Positions 20,757 to 31,830 of a stretch of 38,668 nt of DNA are shown piece after piece. A model generated the notes under the pieces. That model ran no database searches, had not been told where the DNA came from, and saw only the letters and a program-made list of their open reading frames with translations. This DNA comes from Nitrososphaeraceae archaeon. Its GTDB lineage: Archaea; Thermoproteota; Nitrososphaeria; Nitrososphaerales; Nitrososphaeraceae. The stretch spans positions 1 through 38,668 of the forward strand of contig JBIOZG010000030.1 of the NCBI GenBank assembly GCA_044870765.1, written 5' to 3'. A program made the position numbers and the translations under genes. Numbering within the stretch: the first letter of the stretch is position 1; each line of letters begins with the position of its first letter.

Positions 20757-21139
20757 GGTTAAAAAATACCGAAACTATTCGGAGAATAAAAAAGGCAAGT
20801 CATTTTTTCATCTTTTAATTTCAACTGGTATTACTATCACATAAAGCAAAATTATTATAAGTATCCATTCTATCATATAATTTCTATCTATGTTTCACAT
20901 GCTTCCCTTAAACTTGAATAAGGTTCTGAATCTGATTCTGATTCTTGGTTTAGCAACACTCACCTTTTTAATTCTGCGGATCGTAATGGATCATTAAAGC
21001 AGATTGGGATGCATTTTTGCATAACACTGTTGTTCAAAATAAGCGTAATTTTGAATTATCATTAATTAGTTCCTTTATTAGTATTAAACTACCTATACAT
21101 TATATAAAATGAATACAACAATTAATGAACTGCATGAAC

Positions 21140-22189
21140 TTAAAGATCATCTAGTATAGTCCAATCCTCAAAGTGATTACGAATAGGTTCCATTATTTTA
21201 TTCAAATAAATTGAAACCGAGTCTTTCAAGTCTTTAGGGTGAATCTTTTTTTGATTGTAATCAGATTCAAGTTTCGTAAAATCATCATAGACAATGTTTC
21301 CACCATATTTGCTTTGCCTTTCAATCTGAAACTGAGAAAAGTTGTGTAAGATAATGTACTTTATGATCTCTAATATAGGATTATTTTCTGAGATGCCAAT
21401 CGGGCAATAAGCTCTTGCTATCTTATTTTTGATTGTACTTTCATCGTCGTGTATCAATATACCACTTAATGGAGTCGTTTTGCTCATCTTACTGGAAATT
21501 CGATAATCATCTTCGTCATCGACATTTGATGCAAGCTTGGTTGGTTCATTAAGACCGGGAAGTAAATGGTGATGGACAGAAACAGGTACTTTCCAGCCCA
21601 ACTTGGGGAAAATTTCTCTTACCAACATGTGGATTTTTCGTTGGTCCATCCCTGCATGAACGATGTCTAAATCCAACGCTTTAATATCCGCAGACTGCAT
21701 TGAAGGATACATTAACTGTGAAAAATCCAGTTTTTCCTTTTCTGATCTACCCATGATGGTTAATGCCCTTAAAGTTCTTGATAATGTCATATGTTTGCTA
21801 AAAATCATAAAATTTTTCCAATAATCGTCATAAGTATCGTAAAGCGAGGATCCTAAAATGATATTTGCTCCAGGACAAAAAAATTTAAAAGCTTCTCCAT
21901 AATATTTTGAGACCTCAATTATTTTTTGCCAATCGTTATCCAACTTGTTATTTATGTATGTGTGCCAGTCTGCAAGAAATACATTAGAATTAACACCAGC
22001 CTTAATGAAATCATTTATCTTGTAGCCAGACAAGATGAGGCTACCTAGGTGAAGTTTTCCCGAAATTTCTAAACCAATATAATGACGAGGTTTAGAATTA
22101 GTCTCGAAAAGTTGTCTTAATTGCGCTAGTTCGACAACCTCTTCGGTAGGCTCTCTTAAAACAAGGCCAATCCTGCTTTCGACATCCAT
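21140..22189 (-). CDS. tyrS: Tyrosine--tRNA ligase (archaeal type)
   Basis: YIGLEISGKLHLG (HIGH-like), YPSMQSAD, GMDQRKIH, KMSKT. Confidence 0.96.
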   Translation of the reverse strand: MDVESRIGLVLREPTEEVVELAQLRQLFETNSKPRHYIGLEISGKLHLGSLILSGYKINDFIKAGVNSNVFLADWHTYINNKLDNDWQKIIEVSKYYGEAFKFFCPGANIILGSSLYDTYDDYWKNFMIFSKHMTLSRTLRALTIMGRSEKEKLDFSQLMYPSMQSADIKALDLDIVHAGMDQRKIHMLVREIFPKLGWKVPVSVHHHLLPGLNEPTKLASNVDDEDDYRISSKMSKTTPLSGILIHDDESTIKNKIARAYCPIGISENNPILEIIKYIILHNFSQFQIERQSKYGGNIVYDDFTKLESDYNQKKIHPKDLKDSVSIYLNKIMEPIRNHFEDWTILDDL

Positions 22190-22208
22190 GAACTAATTAA
22201 AAGTGTAA

Positions 22209-22465
22209 ATGGCAATTATTATTTTTACCTCATCACCTGATGAAGAATCAAACAAATATGGCGCCAAAATATCTCAAAATTAATATGTCATACAGATGCA
22301 TTGACTAAGATGAACATTAAAGATCTTTTTGGCGGTGAGATTGTGGGCACAGGTTCAGATTTTATAGTAGTTCTCAAGGGCAAAAACAGACTACTATTGC
22401 AATTTAGCTCTCATAAAATTATAAAACTGAAAAATGACGCGACGCCATATGGATCATCAGTATAA
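22209..22465 (+). pseudogene. Possible degraded CutA-like gene
   Basis: MAIIIFTSSPDEES... stops early; later frames give RSFWR, DFIVVLK and TPYG fragments in CutA-like order. Confidence 0.35.
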
Positions 22466-22467
22466 GA

Positions 22468-24465
22468 ATGCTTGTTGATTTCCACAACAATCAGACTCAT
22501 CTTGACAAAAAGTTAAATTTAGTAACGTACAAACTTGGTCAGTTGACATCAAAAGTTACAACAGAAGTCTTAGAGAAGGGAACAAAGCCCCAAAAAACTA
22601 TAATACAAATAAATCAAAAACAAAAATCAAAAATCCATTATGACAAAAAAGCAGAGTCAGAATTTTTTGTCGATAATTCAGCTCTAGCCGGTTTTACTGG
22701 GGAACGTATCCTCTACATGTCGGTGAGAGAATTAATAGAGAACTCACTGGATTCATGCGAAGTAAATCACATTTTGCCAGTTATTCATTTGAGACTAAAG
22801 ATTCTTGATTCTCTTAATGATCTCTGGACTATATCGTGTAAGGATAATGGAGTTGGAATTCCTTCAGAAAAAGTACCTGTTGCAGTTTGTTCATTCTTAA
22901 CTTCTGGAAAATATGTCGAAAAACAACAACGAGGTCTCTTTGGTGTCGGTTTGAAAATGATTGCAGCATTTTCAACTAAGGATACAGATCATCCATTGAA
23001 GGTTTGGTCCAAATCAGAAGATGAATCAGAATGCTATTTCGACCTCAGAACTGATATTGGGACAAATAAGCCCATCACACTTTTAAAGAAGAATGTCAAG
23101 AATGACGAATCACAAATTGAAGGTGAATCGGGTTTTAAAGTTGAAGCCATTCTACGTGCAAAATTATCACCCGTGACAAAAAATAAAATCTATGACTACA
23201 TTAGTCAAACAAGCATTGTAAATCCCTATTCGATTATAATATTTGAAACGGATGAGGGAAAGGTAACGTTCAAGAGAAGGACAGAAATTATGCCCAATCC
23301 TTCAAGAGAAGTATTACCTCACCCGTCTGATATGGACCTTAAAACTTTAAAGAAGGCCATTTTAAATTTCATGAATCAAAAGACAACCCTGCAAGGAATA
23401 CTTGCCAGCTCATTTCAAAAAATGTCAACCGATAAGGCTAAAGATATTATTAATAGAGCAGGACTATCAGTCAAACCAGCAGATAAATATGATGAACATG
23501 ATCTGATAAAGGTTGTAAATATTTGTAAACATACAAAATTTCAGTCTCCTAATACAGACCACTTAAGTCCCATAGGAGAGAAAATACTTACTGTTGGAAT
23601 GACTTCGGAATACTCAATTATCCAAAATAAAGAAGCGACAAATTCTGGAAGCCAGACTCATTTAACAACCAAGATACTAAAACCATCTCTCACCGCTTAT
23701 TCTTCAAGAATTTGCGTTGTGAATAATCGACCTACGGTTGTAGAATGCGGAATTGCCTATGGAGGTGATATCCCATCGTTCAAACTGTACAGATTTGCTA
23801 ATAAAATCCCACTACTTTATGACGAAGGATCTGATGTAGCACGAGAAGTTATTTCCGAGGTCGGAATAAATAAAATGGGAATTTCAAAAAAGGAGGTAAA
23901 GGAACAATTTTCAAATGTAGAAACAAAATCCGACAGGACAGTAGAATATCTACCAATTCATATTTTCTTCCACATATGTTCAACAAAGATACCTTACAAA
24001 ACTGCTGGAAAGGAGAGCATAGCTTCAGAGGGCGATCTGAAAAAATACATGAAATCATGTCTATCGGATCTTTACAGAAAAGTAAGCGCTCAAATTAGAA
24101 GAGAATTAAAGATAAAGGAAGATGAGAATAAATTAAGGCTATACAAACATTATATTCCCTTCATAGTAGACGCAATATCAGACTCGATAAAAATTGATTC
24201 GAAAAAATTATCCAAAGCTTTTCAGGACTTGGCAGAAAAATATGTAAGCGGAGAATTGACAAACATTACTAAACAAATCCTTCAAGATTCAAAGGATAAA
24301 GGAAAAGTAATTTATGTAGATAGTAAAAAGAATATTCTTAATAATGGTAAAGGAAATGAAATTATGTTTAGCAAATTTGATACCCGAACCAGAGTTTCGA
24401 AACACAAAAGCAATGTAAAGCTGGCCAAAATTAACGCCCCTCGTAAATTACAAAAAAAAGGATAA
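22468..24465 (+). CDS. top6B: DNA topoisomerase VI subunit B (divergent)
   Basis: SEFF..N..LAGF, RELIENSLDS, DNGVG, RGLFGVG (GHKL), RFANKIPLLYD, KIPYKTAGKE; true start may be TTG near 22543. Confidence 0.93.
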   Translation: MLVDFHNNQTHLDKKLNLVTYKLGQLTSKVTTEVLEKGTKPQKTIIQINQKQKSKIHYDKKAESEFFVDNSALAGFTGERILYMSVRELIENSLDSCEVNHILPVIHLRLKILDSLNDLWTISCKDNGVGIPSEKVPVAVCSFLTSGKYVEKQQRGLFGVGLKMIAAFSTKDTDHPLKVWSKSEDESECYFDLRTDIGTNKPITLLKKNVKNDESQIEGESGFKVEAILRAKLSPVTKNKIYDYISQTSIVNPYSIIIFETDEGKVTFKRRTEIMPNPSREVLPHPSDMDLKTLKKAILNFMNQKTTLQGILASSFQKMSTDKAKDIINRAGLSVKPADKYDEHDLIKVVNICKHTKFQSPNTDHLSPIGEKILTVGMTSEYSIIQNKEATNSGSQTHLTTKILKPSLTAYSSRICVVNNRPTVVECGIAYGGDIPSFKLYRFANKIPLLYDEGSDVAREVISEVGINKMGISKKEVKEQFSNVETKSDRTVEYLPIHIFFHICSTKIPYKTAGKESIASEGDLKKYMKSCLSDLYRKVSAQIRRELKIKEDENKLRLYKHYIPFIVDAISDSIKIDSKKLSKAFQDLAEKYVSGELTNITKQILQDSKDKGKVIYVDSKKNILNNGKGNEIMFSKFDTRTRVSKHKSNVKLAKINAPRKLQKKG

Positions 24466-24471
24466 TTTAAA

Positions 24472-25578
24472 ATGGCGCCAAAAGATAAACGACATCAAGA
24501 AATAACCAATAAAATCAGGAAAATAATGAAGAATGTTGGAGATGATGTACTAGTTGAGGGTATAATGCCGAGTCTTAAAATTCCAAAAGTTGGATATGAT
24601 AACACTGTCTGGTCAGATGAAAAGAGGATGCTTACCATAGGTGACAAGACAGTTCAAATTGGTCCAAATAGCTCAAAGAAGATACCAACCTTCGCTCAAT
24701 ATCTGGTCATGGCCAATGCTATAAGAAGGCTGTTGGATGAGGAGATGGAAAGTACTATTAGGGGTATGTATTACGCCACCTTAAGTACTGTTGGCGATGA
24801 AAAAAATCAACAAAAGTTCTGGAGCGGACAGGATGATTCTGATGATGCAATAAAAGCCATAGAACTATTGACAAATGTTCCACGAGAGGAATTTTCTGTT
24901 ACTTCTAAACCTAAAGGAATGATTTCAGGACCAATCACTCTTAGTGTCGGTGGAGATTTAATTGACTGTAATCTTGGTAGCAGAGCAACATCTCAGTTAA
25001 TACCAACCAACATTCGAGATCTTGAAATTGTGAAGGTAAAAGGTGATTTTGTCATGGTAGTAGAGAAGGATACTGTACTCAATAATATAAGAAAATCTGG
25101 TTTTATTCAAAAATATAACGCGATACTACTAACAGGATCAGGGGAACCAGATCGCGCTACTAGGATGATGGTTAAAATGCTGAACGAAAAATGGAAGAAA
25201 CCCGTTGTTATTTTTGCCGATGCCGATCCATGGGGACTAGGAATCGCTTTGCGTTATAAAATCGGAAGTGAATCATTGAGTTATGATAGTGACAGATTGG
25301 TAACACCAAACTCAAAGGTGCTAGGAATGATGTTTTCGGATATTTATGAATACAATATACCAAAGGTTGCCAGACTTGCGGCCACTCCGGAGGATTTAAA
25401 CAGGGCAAATGATATGAAGAAAAAACCATGGCTTCAGGATAAGCGATGGAAGAAGGAATTAAATCTATTTCTTGAACATAAAGAAAAATGTGAATTAGAC
25501 GCATTTTTCAAATATGGATTCAAGTATTTGGCTGACACTTATTTACCAAATAAATTGAGAGAGGCAGGAGTCATCTAG
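24472..25578 (+). CDS. top6A: DNA topoisomerase VI subunit A (Spo11-like)
   Basis: TIRGMYY catalytic Tyr, VVEKD, GSGEPD, DADPWG TOPRIM, KCELDA. Confidence 0.94.
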   Translation: MAPKDKRHQEITNKIRKIMKNVGDDVLVEGIMPSLKIPKVGYDNTVWSDEKRMLTIGDKTVQIGPNSSKKIPTFAQYLVMANAIRRLLDEEMESTIRGMYYATLSTVGDEKNQQKFWSGQDDSDDAIKAIELLTNVPREEFSVTSKPKGMISGPITLSVGGDLIDCNLGSRATSQLIPTNIRDLEIVKVKGDFVMVVEKDTVLNNIRKSGFIQKYNAILLTGSGEPDRATRMMVKMLNEKWKKPVVIFADADPWGLGIALRYKIGSESLSYDSDRLVTPNSKVLGMMFSDIYEYNIPKVARLAATPEDLNRANDMKKKPWLQDKRWKKELNLFLEHKEKCELDAFFKYGFKYLADTYLPNKLREAGVI

Positions 25579-25626
25579 CCTGCGGCATCACTTGCTATAT
25601 GCTATCAATAGTGGGCAAAAATAATA

Positions 25627-27135
25627 TCAAGCTAACTTATCATTGGGTCTTACCCCCTCTAAGCTGTACTCTGTAGTACTCAAATAAAGACCAGTTTGAT
25701 TCTTACTATTTTTGGTTTGGATTATGCTAAGATATGCTACATAAAGAAATCCAATCGTTTGTATCGCTATCAGAGGAACTAATATTGGGTTCCCAGTTAG
25801 TATACATATGGCTATTGTAATGCACCCGTAGATACTAAAGAAGATCTCTAATAATGTCGTTTTCGTAAATGGAAGAACGTATTTATTGTTACTCCAATCT
25901 TGATTTTTTTCCATTATTCCAAATTTTGGAGTTCTCAAGAATTCATTTCTTTTTCCAAGTAAGGCATCAAATATGGCCACAGAATTGTTAATAGAGATCC
26001 CACTTGCATAGAATATCATAAATAAATAATGAATAGCCTTGGTCCTCCAATTCTCGCGCCAGATTTTTCGAATCATTACCAAGTAGGTGATAGGTCCCAA
26101 TAAGAGGTATGCAACGATGCCTAGCGCTGGAGCCCAGGCGGTGTCATAGATCTGATAATTCATAAGTAGCAAAATAGGAAATATGAGGAATTGTATTAGA
26201 AACAATGGGTTAATTATATGCTTAGTGAGTTGAATGAAAATCTGAATTTTAGTATCGATCGGCAGTTTTCTATGCGATAATAGTACTAGCAATAGTTTTT
26301 TTGCTACCTGAATGGAACCTTTGGCCCATCTAAATTGTTGACGCTTCGCAGCATTCATTTGAACAGGTAATTCCGCGTTTACAACTAGATCCTCGTCGAA
26401 GATACACTTCCAACCTTTCATTTGTGCACGGAAACTCAAGTCTAAATCTTCAACTAGGGTACCTGTATGCCAACCGCCCGCATCATTTATGCATGATGTC
26501 CTCCAAATTCCAGCTGTTCCATTGAAATTCATGAAGAGGTGTGTAAGACTCTTTGCTTTTTGCTCAATGAAGAAATGAAAATCCAACGACACAGCTTGAG
26601 CTTTTGTCAAGGCTGAATACTTTTCATTAATATGACCCCATCTTCCCTGAACGAGACCAATCTTGGAATCATCAAAATAACTAAGGGCATTTCTTAAGAA
26701 ATCACTAGGAGGGATAAAGTCAGCATCAAATATTGCAATGAATTCGCCCTTGGCAAATTTCAATCCTTCTTTTAGGGCTCCAGCTTTGTATCCGGATCTA
26801 TCAGTCCTGTGGAAAACTGCAATATTGATTCCAAGTTTCTTGTTCTTGTCAACCAAAGTTTCAATTATTGATGTGGTTTCGTCGTCTGAATCATCAAGGA
26901 CCTGAATTTCCATTCGCCCCTTTGGAAAGTCCATATTACAAATTGCGTTGATTAGACGTGCGGCGACGTATTTTTCATTGTAAATTGGTAGCTGGATAGT
27001 TACTAGCGGACAAGTTTCAGCACTATAGTCGATTTTCTTTCTAATTTTATGATTTACCGAATTCCTTGTAGACATGTAACTCAAATAATTAAAATTCAAA
27101 GTGTATATGGTCATTATCCAGGCGATCACCATCAA
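25627..27135 (-). CDS. Membrane GT2 glycosyltransferase (cellulose-synthase-like)
   Basis: QLPIYNE, DDSDD, GYKAGAL, FDADF, VEDLD, QQFRWAKG (QxxRW), TM helices. Confidence 0.93.
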   Translation of the reverse strand: MMVIAWIMTIYTLNFNYLSYMSTRNSVNHKIRKKIDYSAETCPLVTIQLPIYNEKYVAARLINAICNMDFPKGRMEIQVLDDSDDETTSIIETLVDKNKKLGINIAVFHRTDRSGYKAGALKEGLKFAKGEFIAIFDADFIPPSDFLRNALSYFDDSKIGLVQGRWGHINEKYSALTKAQAVSLDFHFFIEQKAKSLTHLFMNFNGTAGIWRTSCINDAGGWHTGTLVEDLDLSFRAQMKGWKCIFDEDLVVNAELPVQMNAAKRQQFRWAKGSIQVAKKLLLVLLSHRKLPIDTKIQIFIQLTKHIINPLFLIQFLIFPILLLMNYQIYDTAWAPALGIVAYLLLGPITYLVMIRKIWRENWRTKAIHYLFMIFYASGISINNSVAIFDALLGKRNEFLRTPKFGIMEKNQDWSNNKYVLPFTKTTLLEIFFSIYGCITIAICILTGNPILVPLIAIQTIGFLYVAYLSIIQTKNSKNQTGLYLSTTEYSLEGVRPNDKLA

Positions 27136-27254
27136 AACATAATATAAAATTCCGCTAAAATCTCCGCCAATCTCTGATATTATTTTCTATCACTACCAAT
27201 TGTAAAAATGTACGAGTAAATATTTATAGGTTCACTGGAAATTGAGTGCCCGTA

Positions 27255-28280
<1,026 letters not shown>

Positions 28281-28844
28281 TCAGCTTATTTAGACATGTG
28301 CTAAAAGTATTTCGATCAATTTGCTACTGACATATACACTATTCAAATACTGATTGAGTTGAAGTGGGCATTACTATTACTTAGGTATGTAAAGATTTTA
28401 TACTTGGGAGACTCCTGGTGACATTTCATCTTATCTTGTTAACCGTCAAGTCAGTCTAGAGTGCACTGATTGGGTTTTTGCTTTTGTATAATGATAATCC
28501 AGATATATCTAGCTCTTAATCTTCATGAATAATTTGAAAATTCATTAGTGCAGCATTTCGCAAAATTGCGCATCATAATTATTCAAGATGAGTTATCAAA
28601 TGTGTAATGTTGTGTATGGATTTTAAGTATCAATAAGAATATTCATGTTTTTCCACAATATAAAACTTAGTATTGAAATGGTTTCTACGTTCTTATTCAT
28701 AGAAACAAAATTTGTTTGCTGAATAAGTCCAGCGTATCACCTGATCCATATTAGTGAACTCTTATTTCTTACAAAAATCAAAATATGACAAGTAAGTTTA
28801 ATTAAAAGCACTTAAATTATCAAGTTAAAAAATACTGTGTCAAA

Positions 28845-28947
28845 GGGCCGATAGTTTAGTCTGGTAGAATACCTGCCTTGCATGTAAATAAGGCTGCATT
28901 TACAGAGGACACGTAGGTGGTCGTGGGTTCAAATCCCACTCGGTCCA
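28845..28947 (+). tRNA. tRNA-Ala(UGC) with 29-nt intron (about 28882-28910); alternative reading tRNA-Val(GAC)
   Basis: Acceptor GGGCCGA/TCGGTCC-A with G3:U70; T arm GTGGG-TTCAAAT-CCCAC; BHB cctt-gca-tgtaaat...atttaca-gagg-aca gives loop CT-TGC-AC. Confidence 0.85.
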
Positions 28948-29112
28948 TCCTTATTTAGATGTTGTTTAGACGGATTTTTAAGCAATTCTTGATTTTTTAA
29001 ATTCTTGTTATAGAAAAAATTCACACATACAAATTTAGCAACAAGATCCTCATTCTTTTTTACTAATTGTTGTAACGCACTTCTAATATATCATAAATAA
29101 AAAATCAAAGTA

Positions 29113-29406
29113 ATGAAACAAGTTAGTATGGCTGTCATTTTGATATCCGCACTTACACTAACTTTGGTATCAACTGCAATCTTCAGTGGGATTCAACAAG
29201 TTAGAGCAGAGAATGACAAAGAAGATGACAACACCCAAGTTAATACCGAAAGGAAGCAAATCAATAATTGTGAAAATAATTCACAAAATCAAGAAAGTAC
29301 AGTCGAATGTAATAATATCGTTGTCTATGGTGTTGTTTGTATGCCTGGAGCAATATGCAACGTAGAGAGCCTCGATATTCCATTTGAACTAGTGACCCCA
29401 TTCTGA
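29113..29406 (+). CDS. Hypothetical secreted protein with four Cys
   Basis: Signal peptide ending VRA; N/Q/E-rich mature part. Confidence 0.7.
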   Translation: MKQVSMAVILISALTLTLVSTAIFSGIQQVRAENDKEDDNTQVNTERKQINNCENNSQNQESTVECNNIVVYGVVCMPGAICNVESLDIPFELVTPF

Positions 29407-29542
29407 AGCGTGAAAATCGATTCTAGTAGTGGAAGCACAACTTCTTTATTTTTACGATCATTCAACCCTTTAAATAGATAGCCAGATTTCGGATAGCAAA
29501 AGTTATTTTTACCCTTCTTGTATTCTTTTCGTAGAAAAAATA

Positions 29543-29845
29543 TTGTCTTTTTTTGGTGGCGGAGGTACTGAAACTTTTGACAGAAAGAAATACGAGAGTC
29601 TCACTCTCAGTTTACGACAAACTGTACTTGAACGGTCGCATCATAGGTGTCAAAAATGCTCTGTTAAATTTAAAGGAAGTAATGGTCCCTTTTTTGAGCA
29701 CATCAATGGTTCATTGAAAGATAATAGACCCTCGAACCTAAGATCCCTGTGCGATAAATGCTTTGAACATGTAAAGAAGAAAGAGAGTCGAAAGGGCCGA
29801 CTGGGTAGCATGCGCAACAATCTAGGCCAAGTGTTTGGTAAATAG
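29543..29845 (+). CDS. HNH-endonuclease-like zinc-finger protein
   Basis: R..VLER...RCQKC...EHING...DN..SNL..LCDKC. Confidence 0.75.
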   Translation: MSFFGGGGTETFDRKKYESLTLSLRQTVLERSHHRCQKCSVKFKGSNGPFFEHINGSLKDNRPSNLRSLCDKCFEHVKKKESRKGRLGSMRNNLGQVFGK

Positions 29846-29855
29846 ATAACGATAT

Positions 29856-30068
29856 TTAACTGGATTCCAAAAACAAACTTCTGTGTTCTTCACAACAAAA
29901 GTTTTCTATCTTCATGACCCCCAAGTTTGAATTTCCCTCTACATGGGGCCAATTTTCTCCACGAAAAGATATTCCACAATATGCGCAGGTCTTTTCCAAT
30001 CCTGAATTATTGCTTCTCGGTTCATATAAACTTCTCAATTTGAAAATAGCCGATATTTTTAATGACAT
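29856..30068 (-). CDS. Small zinc-finger (TRASH/FCS-like) protein
   Basis: CAYCG...FCCEEH. Confidence 0.65.
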   Translation of the reverse strand: MSLKISAIFKLRSLYEPRSNNSGLEKTCAYCGISFRGENWPHVEGNSNLGVMKIENFCCEEHRSLFLESS

Positions 30069-30148
30069 GTTCTACAAGAATAAAGTCGTTTAATTATTGG
30101 TAAAGATATATTTGAAAGCAGAGACACTATTTAACTAATTGAAAAATC

Positions 30149-30544
30149 ATGAGCATTAAAGACAAGGAAATTGTTCCAGTGATAGATGAAGAAAATGTTG
30201 TTCCCTATGAAAAATGGATAGTTTCTTTTTCTTATTCCAGAAAAGGCCCTGTCAGAACATCTTTTCGAGAATTTTTCGCGCAGGGTTTCTATGAGGCTTA
30301 TGATATAGTTATGAGTTATGCTGAAAAACAAAATGTGGATATAAGATGGTTTAAAGAGAAGAGAAATTGCGGAACCAGTTATTCAAACCATGTTTTTATG
30401 AAATTAGAATCTTGCTGCACTTATTGTAATAAACGGTTTAATCACCAAGAACCTATTCCGTGCATTCATGACAAATGTCAATCCACATTCTGTTCGCGAG
30501 ATTGTTGTAACGATCACATATTGTTACTGCATAATAGTAAGTAA
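30149..30544 (+). CDS. Hypothetical protein with Cys/His-rich C-terminal zinc finger
   Basis: CCTYC...C...C..TFCSRDCCNDH....H. Confidence 0.75.
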   Translation: MSIKDKEIVPVIDEENVVPYEKWIVSFSYSRKGPVRTSFREFFAQGFYEAYDIVMSYAEKQNVDIRWFKEKRNCGTSYSNHVFMKLESCCTYCNKRFNHQEPIPCIHDKCQSTFCSRDCCNDHILLLHNSK

Positions 30545-30562
30545 TATACAGATGTATATGGC

Positions 30563-31171
30563 TTAAATTGACTTGTAATGGGGCTTTTCCAAGATTAGGG
30601 TAATAATCTTTATCCTTAGTTGGTCTGACCTAAATTGTTCTAAAAAGTGGGATCTATAGTGAAGAGGACATTCATTAAAAACCTCTCTTAGTGTAAAACC
30701 AAAAGTTACGAAAATGGAAGCTAGCCAAGTTTTCCAAGATCTAAATTCGTCATTGGAGACAGGTTCCAGCAAGTCATTAGTAACTTCCGTTACAAGAGTA
30801 AGAGTGCCATTTTCTTTTAATTTTTTATAGATTTTTTGATACAATAAGGTCCATTGAGACTCCATTTTCCTGTCAATATACTTAGGTGGTGGCAGAACAA
30901 AAATAAAGTGGTGCACACAATTATCTGGTAACAATGGAATGACTTTTTCAATAGATTCATTAATTAAGTAAATATTTTTGCCTGTCATTCTATCACGAGC
31001 CTTCTGAATCTGAGCTGCATCAATCTCAATACCTACATAGCATGTATTTGGACTATTCTCATAATTGATTACAGCTTCTAATAATTGACCATCACCAATT
31101 CCTAGCTCAATTACCACCTTATCAAATGTGGATAGCGAAATTGTTGAAACGATACTATTTTGGGAACACAA
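30563..31171 (-). CDS. Class I SAM-dependent methyltransferase (TrmB-like fold)
   Basis: VIELGIGDG motif I, VGIEID, LKENG.L.L.TE. Confidence 0.8.
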   Translation of the reverse strand: MCSQNSIVSTISLSTFDKVVIELGIGDGQLLEAVINYENSPNTCYVGIEIDAAQIQKARDRMTGKNIYLINESIEKVIPLLPDNCVHHFIFVLPPPKYIDRKMESQWTLLYQKIYKKLKENGTLTLVTEVTNDLLEPVSNDEFRSWKTWLASIFVTFGFTLREVFNECPLHYRSHFLEQFRSDQLRIKIITLILEKPHYKSI

Positions 31172-31185
31172 TACTCGTTTCTTAG

Positions 31186-31785
31186 TTACTGGGGTCTTAA
31201 TAATTCAGATTCAAGTAGCTGCTGGACGAGTTGAACTACTTCTTGTTCCACTTGTTGTCTTGGTAATCCCAATTTGGCTGAGAAATGATCCGCTAGCTGA
31301 GTAATTGTTTTTGTTCCATCACAACTGTTCCAAAAATCAACTATTGCCTGATTTACCATAAATCTCTGTTCTTTTTCATTTTCCAGAATCAACGAGCCAT
31401 CTTCCTGAGTAAGCAACCTGCCCTTCACCAAGGGTTGGTATTTTTCATAATCAACTTGAAACCTCAACTTTGGTTTTCCAAATCCTAGTTTTTCTCTTAC
31501 AGATGGTTCCATTCTTTCAATATTCCATGGAGGATCCCAAACTATAGAGACATTTATGTTCCCTACACCATTAATTTTACCAATATATCTCTTGACATCG
31601 CTAACTAAGGTGTCATGAAGTGGGCAACCTCTTGTCGTCATTGTCATTTCTATATTGACATCATTTGAGTCGTTTATGTTCACACCATAGATAAGGCCCA
31701 AATCGACAATGTTAACTGGAATCTCTGGATCCATACATTTCCTTAGTACGGAATACACCTGCTCTTGACTAATACTCTTCGGCAT
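31186..31785 (-). CDS. DUF59/MIP18 Fe-S assembly domain fused to PqqD-like domain
   Basis: DPEIPVNIVDLGLIY, TTRGCP, WDPPW; C-terminal FMVNQAIVDFWNSCDGTKTITQLADHF. Confidence 0.88.
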   Translation of the reverse strand: MPKSISQEQVYSVLRKCMDPEIPVNIVDLGLIYGVNINDSNDVNIEMTMTTRGCPLHDTLVSDVKRYIGKINGVGNINVSIVWDPPWNIERMEPSVREKLGFGKPKLRFQVDYEKYQPLVKGRLLTQEDGSLILENEKEQRFMVNQAIVDFWNSCDGTKTITQLADHFSAKLGLPRQQVEQEVVQLVQQLLESELLRPQ

Positions 31786-31830
31786 CCAACATTAAAAATA
31801 CCATAACGGATTAAATACTTTATCAATATC

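Noticed and set aside
20760-21140. Small gene upstream of the tyrS 3' end (tctgaa/tctgat microrepeat)
   Set aside because: Only short interrupted frames with no recognisable similarity
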